Shown here: positions 1 through 8,586 of the stretch, piece by piece | Layout of the letters: the number at the start of each line of letters is the position of its first letter | Numbering within the stretch: position 1 is the stretch's first letter | Assembly: GCA_965279515.1 (NCBI GenBank) | Contig: CBDIID010000003.1 | Span: forward strand, 4,608,001 to 4,672,000 | Origin: Turneriella sp. | GTDB taxonomy: Bacteria > Spirochaetota > Leptospiria > Turneriellales > Turneriellaceae | Direction of reading: 5' to 3' | DNA: 64,000 nucleotides | Made by a program: the position numbers and the translations under genes | The notes under the pieces: generated by a model | Told to the model about the DNA's origin: nothing | The model's input: the letters and a program-made list of their open reading frames with translations, nothing else | Database searches by the model: none

Positions 1-260
1 GTAAAAGCCGCGTCAGAATAGCTGAGCTCTTCATGCACAATTACCGACGCCGTCGCGTCGAGTCCATGGCCACCCGCCTCGGCGGGTATCGTGATGCCGA
101 AGAGGTTATATTCGCTACCCATACGGCGCAGCAAAGCTTCATTGAGCGTCTCTTTTTCGTCGAATTCTTTGACTTGGGGTTCGATCACGCCTTTGGCGAG
201 ATCGTGCACAAGCTCACGCAGGGCTTTATGATCATCGGTGGGGTTGAATAGGTCAAACAT
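1..260 (-). CDS. Acyl-CoA dehydrogenase, N-terminal part (runs off the window)
   Basis: Translated by hand from ATG at 260: MFDLFNPTDDHKALRELVHDLAKGVIEP...LFGITIPAEAGGHGLD...VIVHEELS. This is the typical ACAD N-terminus (GITIP-E-GG-GLD). Not in the ORF track. Confidence 0.85.
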   Translation of the reverse strand, partial: MFDLFNPTDDHKALRELVHDLAKGVIEPQVKEFDEKETLNEALLRRMGSEYNLFGITIPAEAGGHGLDATASVIVHEELSYSDAAF

Positions 261-261
261 A

Positions 262-291
262 CCGGTCACTCAGCGAAGTCGAAGTGGCCGG
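262..291. repeat. REP-like hairpin directly upstream of the ACAD start
   Basis: CCGGTCACT-cagcgaagtcga-AGTGGCCGG inverted repeat. Confidence 0.5.
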
Positions 292-309
292 AAAATCACT
301 AATTGGTTA

Positions 310-325
310 ATGACACAAGTGTCAT
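310..325. promoter_or_regulatory. Candidate operator (perfect palindrome)
   Basis: ATGACAC-AA-GTGTCAT, 50 bp upstream of the ACAD start. Confidence 0.5.
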
Positions 326-343
326 AGTTTTAGGGTTAAGATT

Positions 344-411
344 TTAACCGCAGAGGCCGCAGAGTTACGCAGAGTTTCTTCCTCTGCGCGACTCTGCGTA
401 CTTTGCGTTAA
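344..411. repeat. Periodic REP-like palindrome
   Basis: TTAAC + 3x CGCAGAG, then 3x CT(C/T)TGCG + TTAA. Confidence 0.7.
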
Positions 412-457
412 TTTTATTTTGCCGCCCACTCGACGCAACGGTTCGGCGGGCCGGTTT

Positions 458-2911
458 TTAAACGTCTGCGGTATTTTCGTCGAAGTCTTTTTCTTTGAAG
501 AGCGTAATCAGCACTGCCGGTGTAATCACAAAGTCAGCGAGCAGGGCCAGGGCGATGATGATCGCAGAAAGCAGCCCCATATTCGCGTTGATGAGAAATC
601 CGCTGAACATCAGAATACCAAAACCGACGACGAGAATCACCGAGGTCATGATGAGAGCGCCGCCGGTTTCACGCAGCGTATGCAGAATTGCTTCTTTATT
701 ATTTTTGCCTGAGCGGTGCGCGCGCAGGAATTTTGCCAGGAAGTGGATCGTGTCATCGACGGCAATCCCCAGGGTGATCATACCTACAACAGACACACCG
801 AGGTCGACTGTGTAGCCCGTGACACCCAGGAGGCCATAGAGGAACAGCACCGGCCAGACATTGGGAATCATCGACAACAGGCCGATCTTGAGGCTCTTGA
901 AACCCCAGATCATCGACACCGTGATGAGCAGAAATGACGTCAGCATCGATATAATCATACCTGGGATAGCCTGCTTCATGAGCAGGGCGAACATGACCGG
1001 AATACCGATCGCGCGCGCCTTCATCTCGGGCATTTCTTTGTCGAGCCAGGCGTTGATCTCCGTCGCGTACTTGACCTGTTCATTCGAGGTCTGCGCGCGG
1101 GCAAAGCCGGTGATGCGCATCATCGAATCGTCCGAGTCGACGAGGTTGGTCACGTCAGAGCCCTGCGGCAGGTTTGTCTTGTAGAGGAACATGTACTGCG
1201 CGATAAGTTTCCGCGTGTCGGTGCCTTCTTTCGGTTCAGGAATCCGGTATTCTTTGGGATCTTCACCGTGCATGGTTTTATTCATGCGTTTCACAATATC
1301 CAGAAGGCTGGAAACATGGGTGAATTCAAACTCGGGTTTGGATAACAGGTAGTTATGGAACTTCTCCACTTTTTTCAGGAATGCAGGATCATAGACCTGG
1401 CCCGTTCCACTCGAGCGGAAATTGAATTCGAACGGCATCGTGCCCAGGATGTTCTTATCGATATAATCTGAGGCAATGCGAAAATCCGACTTCTTGTCGA
1501 AGTAGGCCATCGTGTTGTTATCGACGTTGATGCGGAACAGGAAGACAACCGAAGCGATGCAGCTGATCACCCAGATTATCAGAATCGAGCGTTTGTATTT
1601 GAAGACAAAGTCTACGAATTTCTCATAACCTTTGGTCGGTACGCCGTCTGAGAAGTCGTCTTCAGAAGCCTTGGGTTTCTGTTTGAATGGGATGATCGCC
1701 AAAAGCGCAGGCAGTGTGAAGATCGAGGCAAACCATGCATAGACGGTGCCGGTGCCGGCAAAGAGACCGAGGTCGCGGAATGGCGGCATCGACTGTGTGA
1801 CCAGCGAGTAAAAACCGATCGCGGTTGTCACCGAAGTCAGAAGGCAGGCGAGGTAGTTCTTATCGAGGGTATCGATAATGGCCTCTTCGCGCGACATACC
1901 GTGCCGCATGTTCCGCAGGAAAACTGCCATGATGTGGATCGAGTCCGCGATGGCGATGGCGACCATGAGCTGCATGGTATTCGCCGACGCGTTATTGAGC
2001 GGCATGCCGAAGATGCCCATGAAGAGCAGCATCGGGAAGATGATCGAGGTGAAGAGCACGACCATCGGCAACAGCATGCCGACAAACGACCGCAGCATCA
2101 GTGTCATGGTGATGATGATAAAGAGGAACATGAGCGGCACCAGTGTCTTCTGGTCGTTCATCGCAAATTCGAGGAAGGCGTTGTTGAGCATCACGGAACC
2201 CGCGAGCATGATCTGGAAATCGGGGTTGTCTTTTGCGATTTCAGCAACGACCTTCATGGTCGCGGCCTTGGCGTCGGGGAAGGCGTTCGGGAAATCCTGC
2301 GGAGCGACAATACGCATCGTGATCTGCGTGAGATCGAGTTTCGGGGAGATCATGAATTTCGTCATGAGCGGATCTTCGAGTAGCTGTTTCTTTTTGGCTT
2401 CGAGCTTCTTCGGCTCGTACGGCAGGTCACGGAGGAACTCGCCGACAACGAGGTCATCCCCCTTGGCTTCGGTGTAGTTGAAGTTGGCGAGACCATCGAC
2501 GCGGTTCGTGTAATCGACCGTCCACAACGCTTTGGTCAGCTTCATCAGCGATTCGAGATTCTGGTTTGTCCAGAGATTGCCCGACTTCGCTTTTATGAGA
2601 ACGATAAGGATATCTTCGCGGTTATAGACGGCCTGGTGTTCGTCCATAGCCTTCAGGTTGGGATCTTCGCTGTCGAACCAGACGCGGTAGTCTGAATCGA
2701 ACATCGGTTTTTGGCCCTTATAACCTTCGATGCGTTTCGTCGGGTCATTACGGATTTCGGTCATATACTTGATATGATCGCCGTATTTTTTGCCACGGAA
2801 GCCCATGCCGGCAAAGACGATAGCAAGCAGCAGCACGTTTGCGCCGATGATCCACCATTTTCTTTTCAGGACGAATTTGGCGATTTTCAGACCAGTAGAT
2901 TCTTTTTCCAT
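458..2911 (-). CDS. MMPL/RND-family (HAE3-like) lipid transporter
   Basis: Two TM bundles with AIAIADSIH and GIAVDDTIHF motifs, two periplasmic loops, SD AGAGGA upstream. Confidence 0.9.
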   Translation of the reverse strand: MEKESTGLKIAKFVLKRKWWIIGANVLLLAIVFAGMGFRGKKYGDHIKYMTEIRNDPTKRIEGYKGQKPMFDSDYRVWFDSEDPNLKAMDEHQAVYNREDILIVLIKAKSGNLWTNQNLESLMKLTKALWTVDYTNRVDGLANFNYTEAKGDDLVVGEFLRDLPYEPKKLEAKKKQLLEDPLMTKFMISPKLDLTQITMRIVAPQDFPNAFPDAKAATMKVVAEIAKDNPDFQIMLAGSVMLNNAFLEFAMNDQKTLVPLMFLFIIITMTLMLRSFVGMLLPMVVLFTSIIFPMLLFMGIFGMPLNNASANTMQLMVAIAIADSIHIMAVFLRNMRHGMSREEAIIDTLDKNYLACLLTSVTTAIGFYSLVTQSMPPFRDLGLFAGTGTVYAWFASIFTLPALLAIIPFKQKPKASEDDFSDGVPTKGYEKFVDFVFKYKRSILIIWVISCIASVVFLFRINVDNNTMAYFDKKSDFRIASDYIDKNILGTMPFEFNFRSSGTGQVYDPAFLKKVEKFHNYLLSKPEFEFTHVSSLLDIVKRMNKTMHGEDPKEYRIPEPKEGTDTRKLIAQYMFLYKTNLPQGSDVTNLVDSDDSMMRITGFARAQTSNEQVKYATEINAWLDKEMPEMKARAIGIPVMFALLMKQAIPGMIISMLTSFLLITVSMIWGFKSLKIGLLSMIPNVWPVLFLYGLLGVTGYTVDLGVSVVGMITLGIAVDDTIHFLAKFLRAHRSGKNNKEAILHTLRETGGALIMTSVILVVGFGILMFSGFLINANMGLLSAIIIALALLADFVITPAVLITLFKEKDFDENTADV

Positions 2912-2923
2912 ATATCCTCTTTG

Positions 2924-2977
2924 CCACCCCTAACGGGGTGGAGTGTTATTTTTTAAGGGGGCTTCAAGCCCCCTTAA
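2924..2977. repeat. Two intercistronic hairpins
   Basis: CCACCCC-taac-GGGGTGG and TTAAGGGGGC-ttcaa-GCCCCCTTAA. Confidence 0.6.
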
Positions 2978-2989
2978 GATCCCCCAAAC

Positions 2990-4345
2990 TCAGAAATAAT
3001 ATGATACTAATAAGCTGGCCCTTGTCGTATGATCGAATGAACTGAGCTGGCTGGTCTTCGACGTCGCGAAGCCAAAGAATTGTGCTTTGACTTTGACGCG
3101 CTCGAAGAAGCGCTCTTCGTATTCGAGGCGGGCGATGACGTCGCCTTTTTTGTAGTCGGTAAAAGTTCCGAGCAGCAGCGAGCGGTCGCCGGTGTTGTTG
3201 AATGTATAGCGAAGGCCGGCGAACACGTGGTTCTGGAAGGGCCGGAAGATATCGAGCTCGTTGAAATTTTTGCCGGTATCGGTGTCGCCAAGCCCTTCGA
3301 CGATAAAGCCCAGATCCTGGTTGTCGACGATCAGGCCGTTGAACGTGTATTCTACGCCGATTGTGTACTGCGCATACGGTGCCACCGTATTCTTGCCGTC
3401 CTGCGACTTCACATCGCCCGCGTACTGTATGTAGGCAATATCGCCCTTCACAAGCAGTGCATCAATCGTGCCCTGCCAGGTCATGCCGGCCTGGTGTATG
3501 GGGTTATACGCTTGCGCATATTGTGTCGGTATCACAACGCCAGGAAGTGGCGTAACGATTGCTGTTGCCGGCACATAGGCGAGCTGCGGAAACCTCTTGT
3601 ACCCATTGAAATAGTAGAAAGAGGTATCCACCTTGCCGAAAAGCTGTTTCTGGTAGCGGACCGCACCCTGTGGCCGCCAGCGGTTATAAGGCGTCTCGTA
3701 TTTATTTTGGTCCGGATCGTAAATTACCGAAGGAGAGATCGTTTGACCCATGTACTGCGTTTGCGGAAGGGCGCCTGAAAAATCGAACCGGTTACCAGCG
3801 ATCGGTAGTTTTGCTGGAGTAAAGTAGGGCAGGTAATAAACCTCGAACGTATGCGGATTTTCCTCGCCGATAATGAAGCGCGCACGCAGCGCCGGCTCGC
3901 CCACCTTCGGAGCGTCGAAAAAATCCAGCGAGGGATCAGTCTGGTTGAGTATGTCTGAGTGTGCCACCGATTCAACGGTTTTCCATGAGAAAATCTGGTA
4001 ACCCGCGCGCAGCTCGAAGCGGCTCGTCACAAAATCGGCATAGATGTCCTGCGGCAAAAAACGGCGGCGGTTTGCGTCATAGACATCGACCATGCCGCGC
4101 GGGTTCGCACGGAATTCGAGATACTTGCCGGTCTTCAGGTTGAGGTCAATCTGGCCGTCAAAAGTACCGACATGCGTCGGCATTTCCGATTTGGGCGCGT
4201 CCTTCGGGAAAAACCAGTAACTCATACCGATATTGCCCTTGTAGTTGAGCCTGGTGTTTTCGGAAATTTCGACGCTCTGCGCCAGGAGCGGCGTCAACGC
4301 CAGTCCCGTGAGGCCGCAGAATCCCCTGAGAAACCACTTTAGCAT
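2990..4345 (-). CDS. Putative outer-membrane beta-barrel protein
   Basis: Signal peptide, alternating aromatic beta strands, ELRAGYQIFSW motif, C-terminal VSYYF (BAM-type signal). Confidence 0.75.
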   Translation of the reverse strand: MLKWFLRGFCGLTGLALTPLLAQSVEISENTRLNYKGNIGMSYWFFPKDAPKSEMPTHVGTFDGQIDLNLKTGKYLEFRANPRGMVDVYDANRRRFLPQDIYADFVTSRFELRAGYQIFSWKTVESVAHSDILNQTDPSLDFFDAPKVGEPALRARFIIGEENPHTFEVYYLPYFTPAKLPIAGNRFDFSGALPQTQYMGQTISPSVIYDPDQNKYETPYNRWRPQGAVRYQKQLFGKVDTSFYYFNGYKRFPQLAYVPATAIVTPLPGVVIPTQYAQAYNPIHQAGMTWQGTIDALLVKGDIAYIQYAGDVKSQDGKNTVAPYAQYTIGVEYTFNGLIVDNQDLGFIVEGLGDTDTGKNFNELDIFRPFQNHVFAGLRYTFNNTGDRSLLLGTFTDYKKGDVIARLEYEERFFERVKVKAQFFGFATSKTSQLSSFDHTTRASLLVSYYF

Positions 4346-4369
4346 ATGGCGTTCCTGAATTAGAAGGCT

Positions 4370-5128
4370 TTACTGGATGCGCTGCAGGTTGCGCTCGGTG
4401 AAGAGATCGGCCGCGAGGCCCGCCTTCATCTTGCGGCTGGTGAAGTCGAGCACGCTCTTCTTCTTGGTCTGCAGGTTTTCCACGGCGATCTTCTGGCTGC
4501 GCCATGTGGCGCCGTATTTCTGGTGCCCGTCGAAAGTCATGACCTTGAGCAGTGAGCTTTTACGGTCAAAAAAGTCCTGGCGGAGCACAAGATTGTTATC
4601 TTTGCTGATCCACATCTTGATTTTAGTATAACCGCTGTTCGCATAATTAGGTGTTTTTTCGAGTACAAAGCAGTCTTTGCCCTTGTAGTTTTCGTCTGCG
4701 AGTTTTTTGTAAGTGAATTTTTCCAGGGTATTGCCGCCGATATCTTCGTAGGTAAATTCGCTGCCCATGAAAGAGCCGGTTTTGCCGGTCGAAGAAATCC
4801 GCTTCACACGGCGCAGTTCAGGCAGATAGAGCCACTGGTTATCGTCGCCCTTGGGGTCTTGGTGTGTGAGCAGTGAGGTACCGCGCACGTCGGCGGGTTC
4901 AAGAAACTGGATCAGCTGATAATCACGGCTGCCTGCACGCTCGAGTGTCATATTCTTTGTCTTGCGTGTTACGACCGAGCCGTTGGCAGCGATCAGCGAC
5001 ATTGTCGATTCAACGGTTTCATCGCCGAAATTGCGCTGGGTTTTCTCAGCCTTTGCTGCGATATCGTATGCCTCGTCGGCAAAGATTGCAATAGGGAGTA
5101 AGAGCAGGGGTAGGAGTTTTTTAACCAT
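4370..5128 (-). CDS. Outer-membrane lipoprotein-sorting (LolA-like) periplasmic protein
   Basis: Signal peptide; F-EPADVRGTSLL, QWLYLPELRRVKRI and SFMGSEFTYEDI motifs. Confidence 0.9.
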   Translation of the reverse strand: MVKKLLPLLLLPIAIFADEAYDIAAKAEKTQRNFGDETVESTMSLIAANGSVVTRKTKNMTLERAGSRDYQLIQFLEPADVRGTSLLTHQDPKGDDNQWLYLPELRRVKRISSTGKTGSFMGSEFTYEDIGGNTLEKFTYKKLADENYKGKDCFVLEKTPNYANSGYTKIKMWISKDNNLVLRQDFFDRKSSLLKVMTFDGHQKYGATWRSQKIAVENLQTKKKSVLDFTSRKMKAGLAADLFTERNLQRIQ

Positions 5129-5136
5129 TTGGTTAA
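5121..5136. promoter_or_regulatory. Candidate operator over the start codon of the LolA-like gene
   Basis: TTAACCA-TT-TGGTTAA perfect palindrome. Confidence 0.45.
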
Positions 5137-5230
5137 TCTAATTCAGACCTGCAGGTCCGGCAAAAAAAATATACGCTTTTGGAACCGTTTAATGGTTTGC
5201 GGGGCCTGCTGCATTTAGTCTCAGCAATTT

Positions 5231-6040
5231 GTGCCCGAACTTCCCGAAGTCGAAACCGTGCGGCGTTCGCTGCAACCCCTCATCGGCCAACGCCTGAAAA
5301 ATGTGGTCATTGCCGATGGGCATTTGCGCTACCGCGCGACACCGGCACTGGCAAAAAAAATTACCGGTGAAAAACTCAGCGAGCTGCTGCGCATCGGCAA
5401 ATACCTCTTACTGAAATTTCCCTCAGACACGCTGGTGTTTCATCTCGGTATGACGGGCCGCCTGCTGACAGGCCAAAAACAAAAATCTCCCTACGTCAAA
5501 GTCCTGTTCCAGTTTAGCATCGACCGTCTCGATTTTATCGACGTGCGGCGTTTCGGTTTTGTACTCGCGGGCGCCGCCGGCGAAAAGTCCCTGCCGCGCG
5601 GGCCCGATGCCCTGGCACCGATCGACCGCAGCGGATTTTACCGGCGCATCCATGCCAGCAAAGCCCCGATCAAGGCGCTGCTGCTCGATCAAAAGGTCAT
5701 CGCGGGCCTCGGTAATATTTACGTTTCTGAAATTTTATTTCTCGCAAAAATCCATCCGGCACAAAGGGGGATAGATCTCGGCGAAGATGACGTCTTGCGC
5801 ATTCTCAAGGCAATACCGAAGGTGTTGAAACGCGCGATTGAAGCCAAGGGCAGCAGTATTTCCGATTTTGTCTACGCATTGCCCGGAGAAAAAGAATATT
5901 CCACCGGCAATTACCAGAGCAAATTTCTTGTCTATAGCCGTGACGGCGAAGCGTGTAAGGTATGTAAAACGAAGATTAAGAAAATTGTGCAGGGTGGGCG
6001 AAGTAGTTTCTATTGTCCGGGTTGTCAACCCCACCCCTAG
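5231..6040 (+). CDS. mutM: Formamidopyrimidine-DNA glycosylase
   Basis: N-terminal PELPEVET, H2TH LLDQ..IAGLGNIY, C-terminal zinc finger CKVC...CPGCQ. Confidence 0.97.
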   Translation: MPELPEVETVRRSLQPLIGQRLKNVVIADGHLRYRATPALAKKITGEKLSELLRIGKYLLLKFPSDTLVFHLGMTGRLLTGQKQKSPYVKVLFQFSIDRLDFIDVRRFGFVLAGAAGEKSLPRGPDALAPIDRSGFYRRIHASKAPIKALLLDQKVIAGLGNIYVSEILFLAKIHPAQRGIDLGEDDVLRILKAIPKVLKRAIEAKGSSISDFVYALPGEKEYSTGNYQSKFLVYSRDGEACKVCKTKIKKIVQGGRSSFYCPGCQPHP

Positions 6041-6099
6041 CCCCTCCCCTTATAGGGGAGGGGACTCAGGTTCCCCCCTATAAGGGGGGATGGGGGGTT
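6027..6099. repeat. C/G-rich nested REP-like palindrome between convergent genes
   Basis: CCCCTCCCCT-tat-AGGGGAGGGG and TCCCCCCT-ata-AGGGGGGA, bracketed by AACCCC...GGGGTT. Confidence 0.7.
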
Positions 6100-6712
6100 A
6101 GTAGTTAGAGAAAATCTTCCCCGCCGGGAATTTTTTGCGCGCTAAAATCTCGCGGCAGTTGGCCATCATCTCATTCGAACCCACCAGCAGAATCGCGCCA
6201 AAGTCACCGAGGTCGAGGGTGTCGACGAGATCCTGAACATATGCCTTGTATTCGGCATTGGAAAAAGCCCGCAGCTGTTTGATGCCGAAATCTTCGCGGA
6301 GGCAATCCAACTCAGGTTCGACATTCGCCGAGGCAATGCCATAGAGGAGGGTGTCGGCGGTAAAACCGCGCTTTTTGCGCTCCAGCATGGCCGGCCTGAT
6401 CGCCGAGATGCCGGTGCCATGTGTGAGATACAAAAAGGGGTGGCGGTCGCCGAAATCGGCGGCAAAACCTTTTCCCTGGGGGGCCGAGACGGCAACGCTT
6501 TGCGCCGGCAAGGCTGTGTCACGCGAGAGAAAAAGCAAATGCGCTTCATCGTGATGCGAGGCAATCGCCAGAAATTTGGGTTTTTCGCCTTCCCTGAAGG
6601 CGAGGGAAGCGTATTGCCCCGCGACCAGGTTATACCCCGGGGGTTTCTCCAGCAGCAGGTGGGTAAAGCCACCCCGGTCTTGTCTGCTCTCACGTACCTT
6701 GAGCTGGGTCAT
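6098..6712 (-). CDS. Ferredoxin-NADP reductase-like FAD/NAD-binding oxidoreductase
   Basis: AGQY, FLAIAS, PQGKGF, GTGISAIR and LLVGS motifs; C-terminal SNY. Confidence 0.75.
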   Translation of the reverse strand: MTQLKVRESRQDRGGFTHLLLEKPPGYNLVAGQYASLAFREGEKPKFLAIASHHDEAHLLFLSRDTALPAQSVAVSAPQGKGFAADFGDRHPFLYLTHGTGISAIRPAMLERKKRGFTADTLLYGIASANVEPELDCLREDFGIKQLRAFSNAEYKAYVQDLVDTLDLGDFGAILLVGSNEMMANCREILARKKFPAGKIFSNY

Positions 6713-7362
6713 AGCAGGTGGATGTGTTTTTTATAAGCCTTTTCGAGAAACTGTGTTTCATGGCCACGGACATACTGAGTGAATTCGAAGAATACTTCGC
6801 GCGAGACGGGCTTGGTTGCATTATAACCTGCCTCGAAAACCTTGTAGAGCTCGGTGAAGCCGGCAGTGCGTGCGGCCAGCCAAACCGGGCGCATTACGAC
6901 AGGCGCGAGGGGATGTTTGGAGAGTTCGAAAAAAGATTCGAGATTGTGCACCACGAGCCGCAATTGTTCGACGCGGTCTTCGAGGCGATTGCATTTTTTA
7001 TAGACCTGCGGCAGTTTTTTCAGGTCGATGTGCTCGACGTCGCCGTGTTTCACGATGAGTTTTTTGTTTTTACGCAGGTGATCTGCCATCTGCCGGTCGA
7101 GCCGGTCGGTGACTTCGTTCAAAAGCAGCAGGTTCTCGATACGACCCCGGCTCTTTTCAGAGAGCATACCCTTGAAGCGGTTATAGGTTTTGAGAGCGAG
7201 GTCGTCGCGTGCGGCTTTGCCCTCGAGGGTATAAATCTCTTCGAAAAAATAATCGGCGAGCGAGCGCGTCGCTTCCTGGCTGAAATATTCTTTGTAAGTC
7301 AGGTGCGAGCGGCGCACATAGGTATTGACGACGATCTGGTGGTAAGGGTCGACCATGGACAT
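6709..7362 (-). CDS. Hypothetical protein resembling the FFLEELY-motif family
   Basis: ADYFFEEIY...ARDD motif; ATGA overlap with the downstream oxidoreductase. Confidence 0.6.
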   Translation of the reverse strand: MSMVDPYHQIVVNTYVRRSHLTYKEYFSQEATRSLADYFFEEIYTLEGKAARDDLALKTYNRFKGMLSEKSRGRIENLLLLNEVTDRLDRQMADHLRKNKKLIVKHGDVEHIDLKKLPQVYKKCNRLEDRVEQLRLVVHNLESFFELSKHPLAPVVMRPVWLAARTAGFTELYKVFEAGYNATKPVSREVFFEFTQYVRGHETQFLEKAYKKHIHLL

Positions 7363-7458
7363 GGATGTCTAAGGGTTGGCAGCAACAGTAAGGCTGCGGC
7401 TGCCGACCACCGGGCAAAACTGCTTTCCGGGGGCGCGGGACAATCAAAATGCGGTGGA

Positions 7459-8586
7459 TTGTTTCGCGTCGCTAAAATTTCTTCTTTTGTAACCCTCTTA
7501 TTCGCGCTCAGTAGCGGTGTTTTTGCCGCCAAAGAAAAGGTTCGCTTTACTTTGGTGCAGATCGAAAAACGTTCATATCTCTCGCTGGGCAACCTGAAAC
7601 GGGTACACAACGACTTGACTGTCAGCTATAACGCAGGGGAAGAGCAGGGTGAAATCCGCTTTGGTAAGCGGATTATCCTTTTCTCCCTGGGCAAGGCCGA
7701 GTACCAATCGCAAAATGAAATCCGCGAGCTCGACGGCGAGGGTGTCATCGAGGACGATGGTTTATTTTTTTCGCGTGAATTTATCGAAGAGATTCTGACA
7801 GAGCTAAGCCTGCCGGTCTCATACAAGTTTCAAAAGAATAATCTGATTATCGTGCGCGATAAAGAGCGCGAGGGCCTGCAAAAGCTCGATTTTATCTATA
7901 TCGACGCCGGCCACGGCGGCCGCGACTCGGGGGCGCTGGGGTATTTCGACTATGCCGAGAAGGATATCACGCTCAGCCTTGCGCATGCGCTGAAAGACCA
8001 GTTGGCCACCGATTTTCCCAAGGTCAAGATTTACCTCACACGCAGCGGCGATAAATTTATCCGTCTCGAAAAGAGAAGCGAGCTGGCGAACAAAAGGCTT
8101 AACGGTGCGCCCGGTACCCCGGGCGCATTCGGCATTTTTGTCAGTGTCCACTGTAACTCCCACCTTTCGCCGAAGGTCAAAGGTTTTGAGATCTATTACC
8201 TCGCTCAGAACCCCGACAATAAACAGTCACGCGAACTTCAACTCAGGGAAAATCAAGGCTTTGAGAAGAGCGGTTATATCAAACGCCTGACGAGCCAACT
8301 CATGAACGCGCAGATTCAGCGGGAGAGCAAAACACTGGCGCGGGCCGTGTTTAAGGGCATCAGCATTCGCCTTGACGGTATGATTAAACCGCGAAAAGTG
8401 AAGAAGGCGGATTTTGCGGTTTTGAGGGGCTCACTCATGCCGGCAATCCTCATAGAAACAGGCTATCTGACAAACAGGGACGACTTGAAGAAATTACGCA
8501 GCAGCGAATATTCCAAAGCCTTTGCCGCCGGGGTCAGCCGTGGTATCGGAGCTTTCTTAGGTGAACTTTCAAAAGCTGAAAAATAA
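7459..8586 (+). CDS. N-acetylmuramoyl-L-alanine amidase (Amidase_3)
   Basis: IDAGHGGRDSGA, EKDITL, FVSVHCN, PAILIETGYLTN. Start moved to TTG 7459, which precedes a signal peptide; the longer ORF overlaps the opposite-strand gene. Confidence 0.9.
   Translation: MFRVAKISSFVTLLFALSSGVFAAKEKVRFTLVQIEKRSYLSLGNLKRVHNDLTVSYNAGEEQGEIRFGKRIILFSLGKAEYQSQNEIRELDGEGVIEDDGLFFSREFIEEILTELSLPVSYKFQKNNLIIVRDKEREGLQKLDFIYIDAGHGGRDSGALGYFDYAEKDITLSLAHALKDQLATDFPKVKIYLTRSGDKFIRLEKRSELANKRLNGAPGTPGAFGIFVSVHCNSHLSPKVKGFEIYYLAQNPDNKQSRELQLRENQGFEKSGYIKRLTSQLMNAQIQRESKTLARAVFKGISIRLDGMIKPRKVKKADFAVLRGSLMPAILIETGYLTNRDDLKKLRSSEYSKAFAAGVSRGIGAFLGELSKAEK

Noticed and set aside
33..251. 72-aa plus-strand ORF
   Set aside because: Antisense shadow of the minus-strand acyl-CoA dehydrogenase.
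344..411. Short periodic repeats as a CRISPR array
   Set aside because: Units are 7-10 bp, inverted and have no spacers; no cas genes in the window.
6718..7458. N-terminal extension of the 622-aa amidase ORF
   Set aside because: Overlaps the minus-strand gene 6709-7362; the signal peptide starts at 7459.
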